DNA of 64,000 nt from an uncultured Gemmatimonadales bacterium (GTDB taxonomy: Bacteria; Gemmatimonadota; Gemmatimonadetes; Longimicrobiales; RSA9). The stretch covers positions 160,001 through 224,000 of the forward strand of contig CAWCRS010000009.1 of NCBI GenBank assembly GCA_963798085.1. Reading direction: 5' to 3'. The notes under the pieces are model-generated. The model was given only the letters and a program-made list of their open reading frames with translations, was not told the DNA's origin and searched no databases. Shown in pieces: positions 1 to 9,163 of the stretch. Every line of letters starts with the position of its first letter. The first letter of the stretch is position 1. A program made the translations under genes and the position numbers.

Positions 1-715
1 GGCGCAGCAGCAGCACGCCCGCGATCCACAGCACGATCACAGCGATGGTGATGCGTTGCGCGCGGTCCAGTTTCCCGGGCGGAGCGCTGGCACCATCCGC
101 AGCAATGCGGCCGGACAGGCGACGCCCGCCTAACGCGAAGTAAGCAGCCACCGCCACCAGCAGGTGCGCCGCCAGGTTGGCGAAGAACACCTTGCCCTCG
201 TGTCCGCCCAGTCCCGCCTCCGCCATCCGCGAATTGGCAATCACGCCCACCGCGCTGATGGGCGAGAGGTTCCCCGCATTGGCGCCGTTCGCGACCATCA
301 GCGCCGTCAGGAACGGCGACACGCCGGCGCGCCCGCCAATCGCCATGGCCAGCGGGGCGATCAGCGCCACACTCGAGATGGCCCCCGGTCCCACACTCGA
401 GACCAGGCAGGCGATCAGGAAGAAGACCGCGGGCAGCAGCCGCGCATCGCCCCGGGCCAGCTGCACCGCGCGCTGCGCCAGCCGCTCCAGTGTGCCGTTG
501 GTTTCGGCACACGCAAACAGCAGTGTTATGCCGGTGAGCGTGAGGAACAGCGACGCGGGAAAGCCGCGCATCACGCTCTCCGCGCCCAGCTTCGCCAGGT
601 ACACGCCGATCAGCCAGGCGAACGCGATGGCGATCAGGCCCACATTGATGCGCGTCGCGATGGACAGCGCAATGGCGACGATGAGCGCCAGCAACGAGGC
701 GAGGGCAGGCGACAT
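1..715 (-). CDS. SLC13/dicarboxylate carrier-like membrane permease (3' end runs off window)
   Basis: My translation from ATG at 715: MSPALASLLALIVAIALSIATRINVGLIAIAFAWLIG...GFPASLFLTLTGITLLF...GANAGNLSPISAVG; multi-TM, ion transporter superfamily-like. Confidence 0.75.
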   Translation of the reverse strand, partial: MSPALASLLALIVAIALSIATRINVGLIAIAFAWLIGVYLAKLGAESVMRGFPASLFLTLTGITLLFACAETNGTLERLAQRAVQLARGDARLLPAVFFLIACLVSSVGPGAISSVALIAPLAMAIGGRAGVSPFLTALMVANGANAGNLSPISAVGVIANSRMAEAGLGGHEGKVFFANLAAHLLVAVAAYFALGGRRLSGRIAADGASAPPGKLDRAQRITIAVIVLWIAGVLLLR

Positions 716-936
716 GGCCTTCGGATCGGTTCGGGCGAAAGGGCGAGGCTGGTGGCGGCCCACGCTACGCGCAGGCAGCCGCGCGGACAAGGGACGCCGT
801 CACGACCGGCACGTCTGACGGCAGGCTGTTGGCCGGAATCAGCCGGCCGCGTGAAGCATCAGCCGAAGGCGGGTGCGCTTGGAGGCGGGATGGCCGCGTC
901 GCGCGCAGAACGCGCACACGCAACCGCCACGCAGGC

Positions 937-1266
937 TCACGTGGCGCGCAGCACCTTGCTCATGGCCGCGGCATAAGCCGACCAGTCGCCGCTCTTGTCG
1001 CTCAGCGCGCGCTTGCCTGCGCGCGTCAGACTGTAGTAGCGCGCGCGCCGATTGTTCTCCGACAGACCCCACTCCGACGAGACCCAGCCGCGATCCTCCA
1101 GCCGGTGCAGCGCCACGTACAACGCACGATCCTCGACCAGGATCGTTTCATCCGTGGTCTCGCGGATCCAGCGCGCCACATCGTAGCCGTGTCGCGCATC
1201 AGTGCCCAGCGCCTTGAGCACGAGCAGATCGAGTGTGCCCTGCAGCAGATCGAGGTTGTCGCGCAT
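937..1266 (-). CDS. PadR family transcriptional regulator (Acidobacterial-type)
   Basis: LLQGTLDLLVLKAL...HGYDVARWI...LYVALHRLE...WGLSENNRRARYYSLT. Confidence 0.93.
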   Translation of the reverse strand: MRDNLDLLQGTLDLLVLKALGTDARHGYDVARWIRETTDETILVEDRALYVALHRLEDRGWVSSEWGLSENNRRARYYSLTRAGKRALSDKSGDWSAYAAAMSKVLRAT

Positions 1267-1271
1267 CGCTC

Positions 1272-1290
1272 CCCCGGAATCGTTCCGGGG
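1272..1290. promoter_or_regulatory. Inverted repeat just upstream of padR start; candidate autoregulatory operator
   Basis: ccccggaa-tcg-ttccgggg, perfect 8-bp arms, ending 5 bp from the start codon. Confidence 0.45.
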
Positions 1291-1386
1291 AGGAACCTAC
1301 GCCTCGCTGCAGCGCTGCGGCAAGGACGAGGCGGCGCGAGGCGGCTGCGCTGTGCGCCGGCGTGGCGTCCGTGATGGGGCGATGGG

Positions 1387-1857
1387 TCAGAGTGCGCAGC
1401 TGCCGCTGCTCAGGTGGTGGCGCAGGCCTTCCTGACCCCAGCGCATGATCACATTGTGATTCCACGTGAAGACGGGGCGGGCAACGGGAGCGAGCAGGCG
1501 CATCCATTGTCGGGTGGCATCCACGCTCCAGTCGTAGCGCACGTGTGTGGTCTCGCCTTCTTCATGCATGGTCCAGCGGCCGGTGCCGCGCAGTTCGCCC
1601 ATGGCCTCGGCTTCGAGCAGCTGGTGCTGCACGACACGCGTGGTCCGCAGTTCGACGATGAGGCGATAGCGCAGGCGGCTGCGCCAGGTGAAGCGGCGGA
1701 TGCTGCCGAGGCCATCGGCATCGGCGGGCCTTGTCTCCACGACACTTTCCAGGCCTCGCCACCAGGCAGGCCAGTGGAGCGGGTGGGTGATCTCTTCCCA
1801 CACGGTGGCGAGCGGCGCGTCGAAGGCCCACCGGCTGATGAACGAGTATTGTGCCAC
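1387..1857 (-). CDS. SRPBCC/polyketide cyclase-like family protein
   Basis: YSFISRWAFDAPLATVWE...WPAWW...GELRGTGRW...WNHNVIMRWG. Confidence 0.85.
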   Translation of the reverse strand: MAQYSFISRWAFDAPLATVWEEITHPLHWPAWWRGLESVVETRPADADGLGSIRRFTWRSRLRYRLIVELRTTRVVQHQLLEAEAMGELRGTGRWTMHEEGETTHVRYDWSVDATRQWMRLLAPVARPVFTWNHNVIMRWGQEGLRHHLSSGSCAL

Positions 1858-1988
1858 GCGCGACTCCGGAGGCTGGTACTGGCGCCGATCGCGAGGAACG
1901 GCGTGCGCTCCGCCGGTTAATGTGCGCGATACCGGTACGGGCGCAAGCCGCTTGCCTTCCTTCTGGCCCCCGCCGATTCTTCCGCTCC

Positions 1989-3026
1989 ATGCGCAATCTG
2001 CTCGTACTGCTCGCCGCCCTGCTCGCAGTGCACGCGGCGCTGTTGTTCGCGCACCCGCGCGGCGCGTTGCCCTCGCCTGCGGCTGGCGACGTGCAGGTCG
2101 GCATTGTCTTCGATGTGGGCGGTCGCGGCGACAAGTCGTTCAACGACGGCGCCTGGCTGGGTGCAGAACGCGCGATCCACGATCTGGGCGCAAAGGTGCG
2201 TTTCATCGAGCCGGGGGAAGGGTCGGACCGGGAAGCGGGATTGCGGCTGCTGGCGGCCGAGGGCATGGACCTCGTGGTGGGCGTCGGCTTCATCTTCAGC
2301 GATGATCTCACGCAGCTGGCGCGCGAGTATCCTGACACGCGGTTTGCGGGCGTCGATTACGCGTTGCAGACCGACTCGCTGGGCAATGTGATTGCGCCGC
2401 CGTCCAATCTCGCCGCCCTGAAGTTCCACGAGGAGCAGGGTTCTTTCCTGGTGGGCGCACTGGCCGCGCTGGTGGGCAAATCGAAGAAAGTCGGGTTCGT
2501 GGGCGGCATGGACATCCCGCTCATCCACAAGTTCGAGGCCGGCTATCGCGCGGGCGTGCACGCGGTCTGCCCGGACTGCACGGTGCTGGCGCAGTACGCG
2601 GGTGTGACGCCGGAAGCGTTCCGCAATCCTGGCCGCGGCAAGGAGCTGGCGCTGAGCCAGTACCAGCAGGGTGTCAACGTGATCTATCACGCATCGGGCT
2701 CGACCGGGCTGGGCGTATTCGAGGCGGCGCGCGCCACCGGCAAGCTGGCGATCGGTGTGGACGCGGATCAGTACGCGGAAGCGCCCGGCTTCGTGCTCAC
2801 CTCGATGGTGAAGCAGGTGAACAACGTCGTCTATCAGGCCGTCCGCCTGGTGAAGGAAGGCACGTTCAAGGGCGGCATCTACGAGTTCGGTCTGGCAGAA
2901 GGCGGCGTGGGCTACATCTACGACGAGCACAATCGCGCGCTGATCCCGGACAGCGTGCACGCGCGGCTGGAGCAGCTGCAGGCCGACATCATTGCCGGCC
3001 GCATCCAGGTGCCGAGCACGCGATGA
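1989..3026 (+). CDS. BMP family ABC transporter substrate-binding protein (nucleoside-type)
   Basis: GGRGDKSFND, F.EEQGSFLVG, AIGVDADQ, LTSMVK motifs; N-terminal signal peptide. Confidence 0.92.
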   Translation: MRNLLVLLAALLAVHAALLFAHPRGALPSPAAGDVQVGIVFDVGGRGDKSFNDGAWLGAERAIHDLGAKVRFIEPGEGSDREAGLRLLAAEGMDLVVGVGFIFSDDLTQLAREYPDTRFAGVDYALQTDSLGNVIAPPSNLAALKFHEEQGSFLVGALAALVGKSKKVGFVGGMDIPLIHKFEAGYRAGVHAVCPDCTVLAQYAGVTPEAFRNPGRGKELALSQYQQGVNVIYHASGSTGLGVFEAARATGKLAIGVDADQYAEAPGFVLTSMVKQVNNVVYQAVRLVKEGTFKGGIYEFGLAEGGVGYIYDEHNRALIPDSVHARLEQLQADIIAGRIQVPSTR

Positions 3027-4664
3027 GTGCGGCGCAGCTTCCGCCGGCGCTGGCGGCCGAGGGCATCGTCAAGCGCTTCGGCGCAGTCGTCGCCAATCGC
3101 GAAGCATCGCTGGAAGTCGCGGCCGGCGAGATCCACGCCGTGGTGGGCGAGAACGGTGCGGGCAAGTCCACGCTGATGCGCGTGCTGAGCGGCATGTACT
3201 CGCCTGATGCCGGTCGCGTTCTCGTGAATGGCCGCGACGTTACCGGCTGGAGCGCGCGCGCTGCCATTGCCGCAGGCGTGGGCATGGTGCACCAGCATTT
3301 CATGCTTGTGCCCACGCTCACGGTGGCGGAGAACGTGATGCTCGGTCACGAGCTGCGCCGTGGCTGGCAGCTGGACCGTGCGGCGGCCGCCACCGCGGTG
3401 CAGCAGCTCAGTCAGCGCACCGGCCTTGCGGTCACGCCCACGCGACGCGTCGCGGAACTCTCCGTGGGCGAAGCGCAGCGCGTCGAAATCCTGAAGACGC
3501 TGTTTCGTGGCGCCCGCATCCTGATTCTCGATGAGCCCACCGCCGTGCTCTCGCCGCCCGAAGTGCAGGAGCTGTGGGCCGTGCTGCGGCGGCTGCGCGC
3601 CGACGGCGGCACCGTCGTGCTGATCACGCACAAGCTGGACGAGGTGATCGAGATCTCGGAGACGATCACGGTCATGCGCGCGGGTCGCACGGTGGAGCGC
3701 ATGAGGACGGCGGCTGCCACGCCCGCAGTCATTGCGCGCGCCATGGTGGGCCGCGACGTGGCGCTGGTGGGCGATGCGCTGGGCCTGCAGGAAGCCGCGC
3801 TCCCGGCGGCCTCACTAACACAGGGTTCAGGCGACGCCACGGCCGCGGGCGCCGGCGTTTCCGCTGGCAGCGGGGCGCCGCCGGTATCCGGAGCACACAT
3901 CGCGCCCGGCCAGGGCCTCGAGGTGCGCGAGCTGGTCGTAGCGAGCGCACGCCGCGCGCGCGAGGTGGATGGCGTGTCCTTCACCGTCCCGCCCGGCGAG
4001 ATCTTCGGCATTGCGGGTGTCGAGGGCAACGGACAGACGGAGCTGATCGAGGCGCTCGCGGGACTGCGCCCGGTCGCCTCCGGCAGCATCCGGCTGAACG
4101 GCCGCGAGTGCACGCACGCGAGTGTGCGCGAACGCGCGGATGCCGGACTCTCGCACATCCCGGAGGATCGCCACCGTCGCGGCCTGGTGCTCGATTACTC
4201 GGTGGCGGACAACCTGATCCTCGGCCTGCAGCACCGCTTCACCCGCCGCGGCCGGCTGGACCGTGCGGCCATTGCGGCGAATGCGCGCGAGCGCGTGCAG
4301 CGCTTCGACATCCGCCCGCCTGACAGCGCATTACCGGCGCGCGCTCTGTCCGGCGGCAACCAGCAGAAGATCGTGATCGCGCGGGAAATGGGCCGCGATT
4401 TCAGGGTGCTGCTCGCGTCGCAGCCCACGCGCGGCGTGGACGTGGGCGCCATCGAGTTCATCCACGAGCAGCTGCGCGGTGCGCGTGACAGCCGGCAAGG
4501 CGGTGCTGCTGGTGAGCGCCGACCTGATGGAAGTGCTGGCGCTGTCCGACGCCATCGCCGTCATGTACGGTGGCCGCATGGTCACGGTGCAGCGGCGAGG
4601 CGAGGCCACGCGCGAGTCGCTGGGCGCGTGGATGACCGGTGCGGCCAGGGCAGTCGAAGCATGA
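3023..4664 (+). CDS. Nucleoside/sugar ABC transporter ATP-binding protein, two ABC domains (frameshift near 4490)
   Basis: GENGAGKST, ILDEPT, GVEGNGQTE, LSGGNQQK, QPTRGVDVGA; C-terminus AVLLVSADLMEVLALSD continues in ORF 4479..4664. Confidence 0.9.
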
Positions 4665-5812
4665 GCGCGCAGCCTGCGAACAGTCCGGTCAGCGCCGCGG
4701 AGAGCGGGCCCCGTCGTCGCCTGCAATACCTGGAATCCGTGCTGCCGCCGCTCGTCGCCATCCTGATCGCGGCGGTGATCGGCGACGTGCTGATTCTCGT
4801 CTTCGGCCAGTCGCCGGCGGAAGTGTATCGCCAGCTGTTCGAGGGCACGTGGGGCAACGCCTACGGTTTCGGGCAGGTGCTCTACAAGACGACGACCCTC
4901 ACCTGCACCGGTCTCGCCGTGGCCATCGGCATGCGCGCCGGTGTGTTCAACATTGGCGCGGAAAGTCAGCTGGCGGCCGGCGGCTTCAGCGCGGCCATCA
5001 TGGGGCTGGCGCTGCCGCCCGGCACTCCGGTGTTGCTCGCGGTGCCGCTGTGTCTGCTCGCCGCCTGCGCGGGCGGTGGACTCGTCGGCCTGGTGCCGGG
5101 CGTGCTCAAGGCCAGGTACGGCGCCAGCGAAGTCATCGTCACGATCATGCTGAACTTCATCGTGCTGGCGCTGCTCAACTGGATCGTGGCTTCGCACCTG
5201 CACGTTCCGGAAACGCTGCACACGCCGGAGATTCACGCAGGCGGTGTGGCGCGCCTGGCGGATGTCTTTGCGGCGTTCCACGGTTCCGCCGCCAACTTCA
5301 CGCTGCTCTTCGCGCTGGCCGCGGCCGCGCTGACCGGGTGGTACCTGTTCCGCACGCGTGGCGGCTACGAGCTGCGCGCCGCCGGATTGCAGCCCGATGC
5401 GGCCGAATACGGTGGCGTGAAAGTGGGGCGGGTCTGGCTGCGCGCGCTGGTGCTGGGCGGCGTCCTGGCCGGACTGGGTGGCGTTAATTTCGTGTCAGGA
5501 TACAAGCACTATTACGAGGAAGGCTTTGCCGGCGGCGCCGGTTTCCTGGGCATTGCCGTGGCGCTCGTGGGTCGCAATCACCCGCTGGGTGTGGTGCTCG
5601 CGGCGTTGCTCTTCGCCACACTGTCGCAGGGCGGGCTGGCGGTGGGCGCGCTGGTGCCCAAGCAGATGGTCGATGTGCTGACCGCGGTGGTGATCATTGC
5701 GGTGGTCACGGCCATGCCCGAAGTGCGCCGCCTGCTGCGTGCGCGCCGCGCGATCCCGCCGACGGCGTCGCCGAGCACGGGCGCACGCACAGCGCCGGCG
5801 GTGCAGTCATGA
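4661..5812 (+). CDS. Nucleoside ABC transporter permease
   Basis: ATG at 4661 overlaps upstream TGA; AGVFNIGAESQ, SEVIVTIMLN, GFLGIAVALVGRNHPLG. Confidence 0.9.
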   Translation: MSAQPANSPVSAAESGPRRRLQYLESVLPPLVAILIAAVIGDVLILVFGQSPAEVYRQLFEGTWGNAYGFGQVLYKTTTLTCTGLAVAIGMRAGVFNIGAESQLAAGGFSAAIMGLALPPGTPVLLAVPLCLLAACAGGGLVGLVPGVLKARYGASEVIVTIMLNFIVLALLNWIVASHLHVPETLHTPEIHAGGVARLADVFAAFHGSAANFTLLFALAAAALTGWYLFRTRGGYELRAAGLQPDAAEYGGVKVGRVWLRALVLGGVLAGLGGVNFVSGYKHYYEEGFAGGAGFLGIAVALVGRNHPLGVVLAALLFATLSQGGLAVGALVPKQMVDVLTAVVIIAVVTAMPEVRRLLRARRAIPPTASPSTGARTAPAVQS

Positions 5813-6690
5813 GCCTGCTGGCGTTTCTGGCGCAGACCATTCGCATCGCGACGCCCTACCTGTTCGCCGCGGCCGGCGGTGTGCTGTCGGAGCGCTCGGG
5901 GGTGATCGCGCTGGGGCTCGAGGGATTCATGCTGAGCGGCGCGTTCTGCGCGGTGCTGGGCAGCTGGGCCACGGGATCACCGATCGTGGGCGCACTGTGC
6001 GGCGTGGGTGGCGGCGCACTGGCCGCGCTGCTCTACGGCCTCACCGCCATCCGCTACCGCGCCGATCAGGTCGTGACCGGCATCGCCATCAATCTGCTGG
6101 CGATTGGCGTCACGCGACTCTTCCTGAAGATGGCATTCGACAGCTCGTCGAATTCGCCGCGCGTGGCGGGCTTCGGCGGACCCCAGAGCGGCTCCGGCCT
6201 GCTGGCATCGTTCAGCAACCCGCTCGTATGGCTGGGCGTCGGCGCTATCGTCTTTGTGTGGTGGCTGCTGGCGCGCACGCCTTTCGGCTTGCGCGTGCGG
6301 GCTGCCGGCGAAAAGCCGGAGGCCGCCGCGTCGGTGGGTGTGTCCGTGGCGAAGGTGCGCTGGATCGCGGTGACGTTGTCCGGCTTGTTCGCTGCGCTGG
6401 GCGGCGTGTACCTCTCGCTCGATCAGCACCAGTTCACGGACAACATGACGGCGGGACGCGGATTCATCGCGCTCGCAGCCGTGATCTTCGGCAAATGGGA
6501 GCCGGGGAAGGCGGCCATCGCGTGTCTCCTGTTCGCGGCGGCCGAAACGCTCCAGATTCAGCTGCAGGCGCTCGAGCTGGTGCCATCGCAATTCATCGAG
6601 ATGATCCCGTACGTGCTCACCATCATTGCCCTGGCCGGACTTGTCGGACGCGCCACCGCGCCCGCTGCACTGGGCCGGGTCACAGAATAG
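5809..6690 (+). CDS. Nucleoside ABC transporter permease
   Basis: GGVLSERSGVIALGLEG, TPFGLRVRAAGE, AGRGFIALAAVIFGKW, PYVLT. Confidence 0.92.
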   Translation: MSLLAFLAQTIRIATPYLFAAAGGVLSERSGVIALGLEGFMLSGAFCAVLGSWATGSPIVGALCGVGGGALAALLYGLTAIRYRADQVVTGIAINLLAIGVTRLFLKMAFDSSSNSPRVAGFGGPQSGSGLLASFSNPLVWLGVGAIVFVWWLLARTPFGLRVRAAGEKPEAAASVGVSVAKVRWIAVTLSGLFAALGGVYLSLDQHQFTDNMTAGRGFIALAAVIFGKWEPGKAAIACLLFAAAETLQIQLQALELVPSQFIEMIPYVLTIIALAGLVGRATAPAALGRVTE

Positions 6691-6699
6691 AGTCGTCGC

Positions 6700-7059
6700 G
6701 TGCTCGACAATGTCCGCGCCATCATTGCCGCCATGGCGGGCAGCGCCGTGCGCGGCACGCCGCTCCGCAGCATCTACGACTTCAGGCGAGGGCGTTTCGT
6801 GGTCCTCCGCGGCGCGCTGTCCGCGGACCGCGCCTTCGCGTTCGATCAGGAGCGCGACTGCCAGGTGAACGGTGCGCGCGCCGGTGGCCGCTTCGAGCTT
6901 TTCGACTACGGCCGCATGGCGTACCTGAATTTCACACTCACGGGCAACCAGCTGGCGGGCTACGACTTCGGCTCCCACCGCTACTTTTCCGGCACCGTGA
7001 CCGGGGAATTCGTGCAGATCTTCGATTTCGAGCAGGCTGTTTACTGCCACTACGCGTGA
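6700..7059 (+). CDS. Hypothetical protein with internal ~20-aa (Y/F)D(F/Y) repeats
   Basis: Coherent 119-aa ORF 9 bp after the permease; five periodic YDF/FDQ/FDY/YDF/FDF motifs. Confidence 0.7.
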   Translation: MLDNVRAIIAAMAGSAVRGTPLRSIYDFRRGRFVVLRGALSADRAFAFDQERDCQVNGARAGGRFELFDYGRMAYLNFTLTGNQLAGYDFGSHRYFSGTVTGEFVQIFDFEQAVYCHYA

Positions 7060-7223
7060 CGCAAAGCTGACCGGTATCGGCGCGCGGTGATTTCGAGGTG
7101 GGGAACGGCTTGACGAAACGTTTCCGGGTTCTCGTTCGCCGCCTGGGTGACACGCGTCAAAAGCGATGTTCTGGAGCGTCCGCAGCCGCGTTTCGCCGGG
7201 CGCCGGCGCCCGAGGCGACGCGC

Positions 7224-7246
7224 GGGCGGGTGGGCGGGTGGGCGGG
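7224..7246 (+). repeat. (GGGN)6 tract, G-quadruplex-forming motif
   Basis: gggcgggtgggcgggtgggcggg in intergenic DNA. Confidence 0.7.
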
Positions 7247-7363
7247 CGTGACGGTATTTTGTACGTGCCTGCGCAATGCAACCGTGGGATCGGCAATCCG
7301 TGTCGGGACAACTCCCCGCTCCGGCACGATCCGGCCCGGGCATCGACCAAAGGAGAGAAGACC

Positions 7364-7834
7364 ATGCGCCGCCTGCTCACGCTCACCACTGTACTGCTGC
7401 TGGCCGCCAGTGCCTGCAAGAAGGACTCGACCGGGCCGGATGGCAACAACGGCAACGGCAATCTGGCCAATGGTTCCATGAGTGCCACCATCAACGGCAG
7501 CGACTGGCGGGCGACCCTCTCCCTTGCCGGCACGTACAGCAGCGGAATCCTGGCCATCGCCGGCACCAACGGAACGAGTGGCACGCTGGGCATGGCGCTG
7601 TTTGCGTCGGGGACGGGTACGTTCCCGTTCACCGCTGCGAATGGCGGTAACGCCACGCTCACGGTGGGATCCAGCGCGTGGGTCGCGTCGGGAGTGACGG
7701 GCAGCGGCAGCGTGACCATCACCGCGCTCTCCTCGACAGGCGCGACCGGCACATTCACACTGTCCATGGTGCCCAGTGGCGCGGCGACGGGGAACAAGAC
7801 CGTGACCAATGGTGCTTTCAACGTCAAGTTCTGA
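7364..7834 (+). CDS. Hypothetical lipoprotein (G/S/T-rich beta-strand protein)
   Basis: aaggaga RBS; MRRLLTLTTVLLLAASA-C lipobox; MSATINGSDW...GAFNVKF. Confidence 0.85.
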   Translation: MRRLLTLTTVLLLAASACKKDSTGPDGNNGNGNLANGSMSATINGSDWRATLSLAGTYSSGILAIAGTNGTSGTLGMALFASGTGTFPFTAANGGNATLTVGSSAWVASGVTGSGSVTITALSSTGATGTFTLSMVPSGAATGNKTVTNGAFNVKF

Positions 7835-7861
7835 GCATCGTGAACTGACTCTGGAGGCGGC

Positions 7862-8362
7862 ATGTCGGCATGGACGGAAGCGGTGCACAACTGGGAGCGC
7901 TGTCGCAACGGGCTGGTGGCGGAGCTGCGGGCGATAGCACCGGGTTATCTGGATGTGCGCCCCGCGTCGGGTGCGCGCACGGCGAGGGAGATTGCGGAGC
8001 ACCTGTGGCAGGCGTCACAGAATCATGTGCACCGCCTCGAAACGAAGGCGCCGTTCGTGCCCGGCTCGCCTGCCCAGCACCAGCATCCGCCCGACACGGA
8101 TTTCGCCACACTGCTGGCCAATGACTGGACCGGCAACCTCAAGCCGCGGCTGGAGCGCATGGAGGCCGATGCCGGTGTGATGCTGGATGGCATGTTCGGC
8201 CCGCAGACCGTGCTGTCCTACGTCTGGTTCGCGCTCTCCCACGAGTGGTATCATCGCGGCCAGGTCGCCACCTACGTCCGCCTCTCCGGCAACGTGCCCG
8301 CACTGACGCAGTTCATCATGCAGCGCCAGGCGCAGGCTCAGGCGCCGCCGGCTAACAGCTGA
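7862..8362 (+). CDS. DinB family protein
   Basis: RP.SGARTAREIAEH...HEWYHRGQVATYVRL.G.VP. Confidence 0.88.
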   Translation: MSAWTEAVHNWERCRNGLVAELRAIAPGYLDVRPASGARTAREIAEHLWQASQNHVHRLETKAPFVPGSPAQHQHPPDTDFATLLANDWTGNLKPRLERMEADAGVMLDGMFGPQTVLSYVWFALSHEWYHRGQVATYVRLSGNVPALTQFIMQRQAQAQAPPANS

Positions 8363-8467
8363 GCAGGAACCGCCTGCGGCCGGGAGCGGGGCGGCAGGCG
8401 GAGCGCCGCAGCCGCTGACGGGCGGGTCGTCGCAGTCCGCAGTACGGATTGCAGGCGACCCGCTCGT

Positions 8468-9133
8468 TCACGTTTCCGTCGCCACGCCTGCGGTCCCGCC
8501 GAGAATGCTGCGGGCGGCGCGCAGCGCTTCCACCACGCGCTCCCGATCGAGCAGGTCATCGAGTTTGAGCCGGCGTACGCGGCCGTCGCGCGCCACCACG
8601 CGGGCTTCGCGATCCTCAATGTCGATGCGATCAATGTCTGCCCACGCGCGCTTGAAGCGACGGAACGGCCGCCCGCCAATGACCATGAATTCGTCGTTGA
8701 TGCGCAGCGCGCGGCGCCGGCGGCCCCGATCGCCAATGCGGCCGTGCAGCAGTCCCAGGATCAGTGTGACAATGGCGAGTGCGATGGCAGGCCGGGTCAC
8801 GTGCTGGTGGGTGTACCACTGGTGCATCGCCTGCAGGGACAGCATCGCGGCGGCCAGTATGTCGTTCCAGTCGATGGCGTGCGGTGCGGCTTCACCCGCG
8901 TCTTCACCTCGCCGGACCGCGCGCACCGCGAAGAAGAGCGAGCGCAGCATGAGTGCGCCCACCAGCGCTTCGGCGGTGGCCAGCGTGAGGCCGGCGGCGC
9001 CTGTCGCGCCACCCCTGAGGCCGTGAATGCCCTGGGACAGCAGGGCGCCCGCGGGAATCAGGTCCTGCAGTTGCTGCACGAGCAGAGCGCGCTCGCGCCG
9101 GCGCGAGCGAAGCGGGACCACGATATCCGTCAA
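8468..9133 (-). CDS. Hypothetical membrane protein
   Basis: Several hydrophobic segments plus soluble C-terminal domain; follows S8 peptidase on the same strand. Confidence 0.7.
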   Translation of the reverse strand: MTDIVVPLRSRRRERALLVQQLQDLIPAGALLSQGIHGLRGGATGAAGLTLATAEALVGALMLRSLFFAVRAVRRGEDAGEAAPHAIDWNDILAAAMLSLQAMHQWYTHQHVTRPAIALAIVTLILGLLHGRIGDRGRRRRALRINDEFMVIGGRPFRRFKRAWADIDRIDIEDREARVVARDGRVRRLKLDDLLDRERVVEALRAARSILGGTAGVATET

Positions 9134-9163
9134 GCGCGGGCGGCCCTCCGCCGCAGGGCAGTG

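Noticed and set aside
1387..1857. SRPBCC protein as cyclase for the PKS-like cluster
   Set aside because: About 40 kb away; the family is widespread and functionally diverse
3023..5812. Apparent 929-aa ABC ATPase-permease fusion
   Set aside because: An extra base near 4490 shifts the frame; the real ATPase C-terminus ends at 4664 with an ATGA overlap to the permease start
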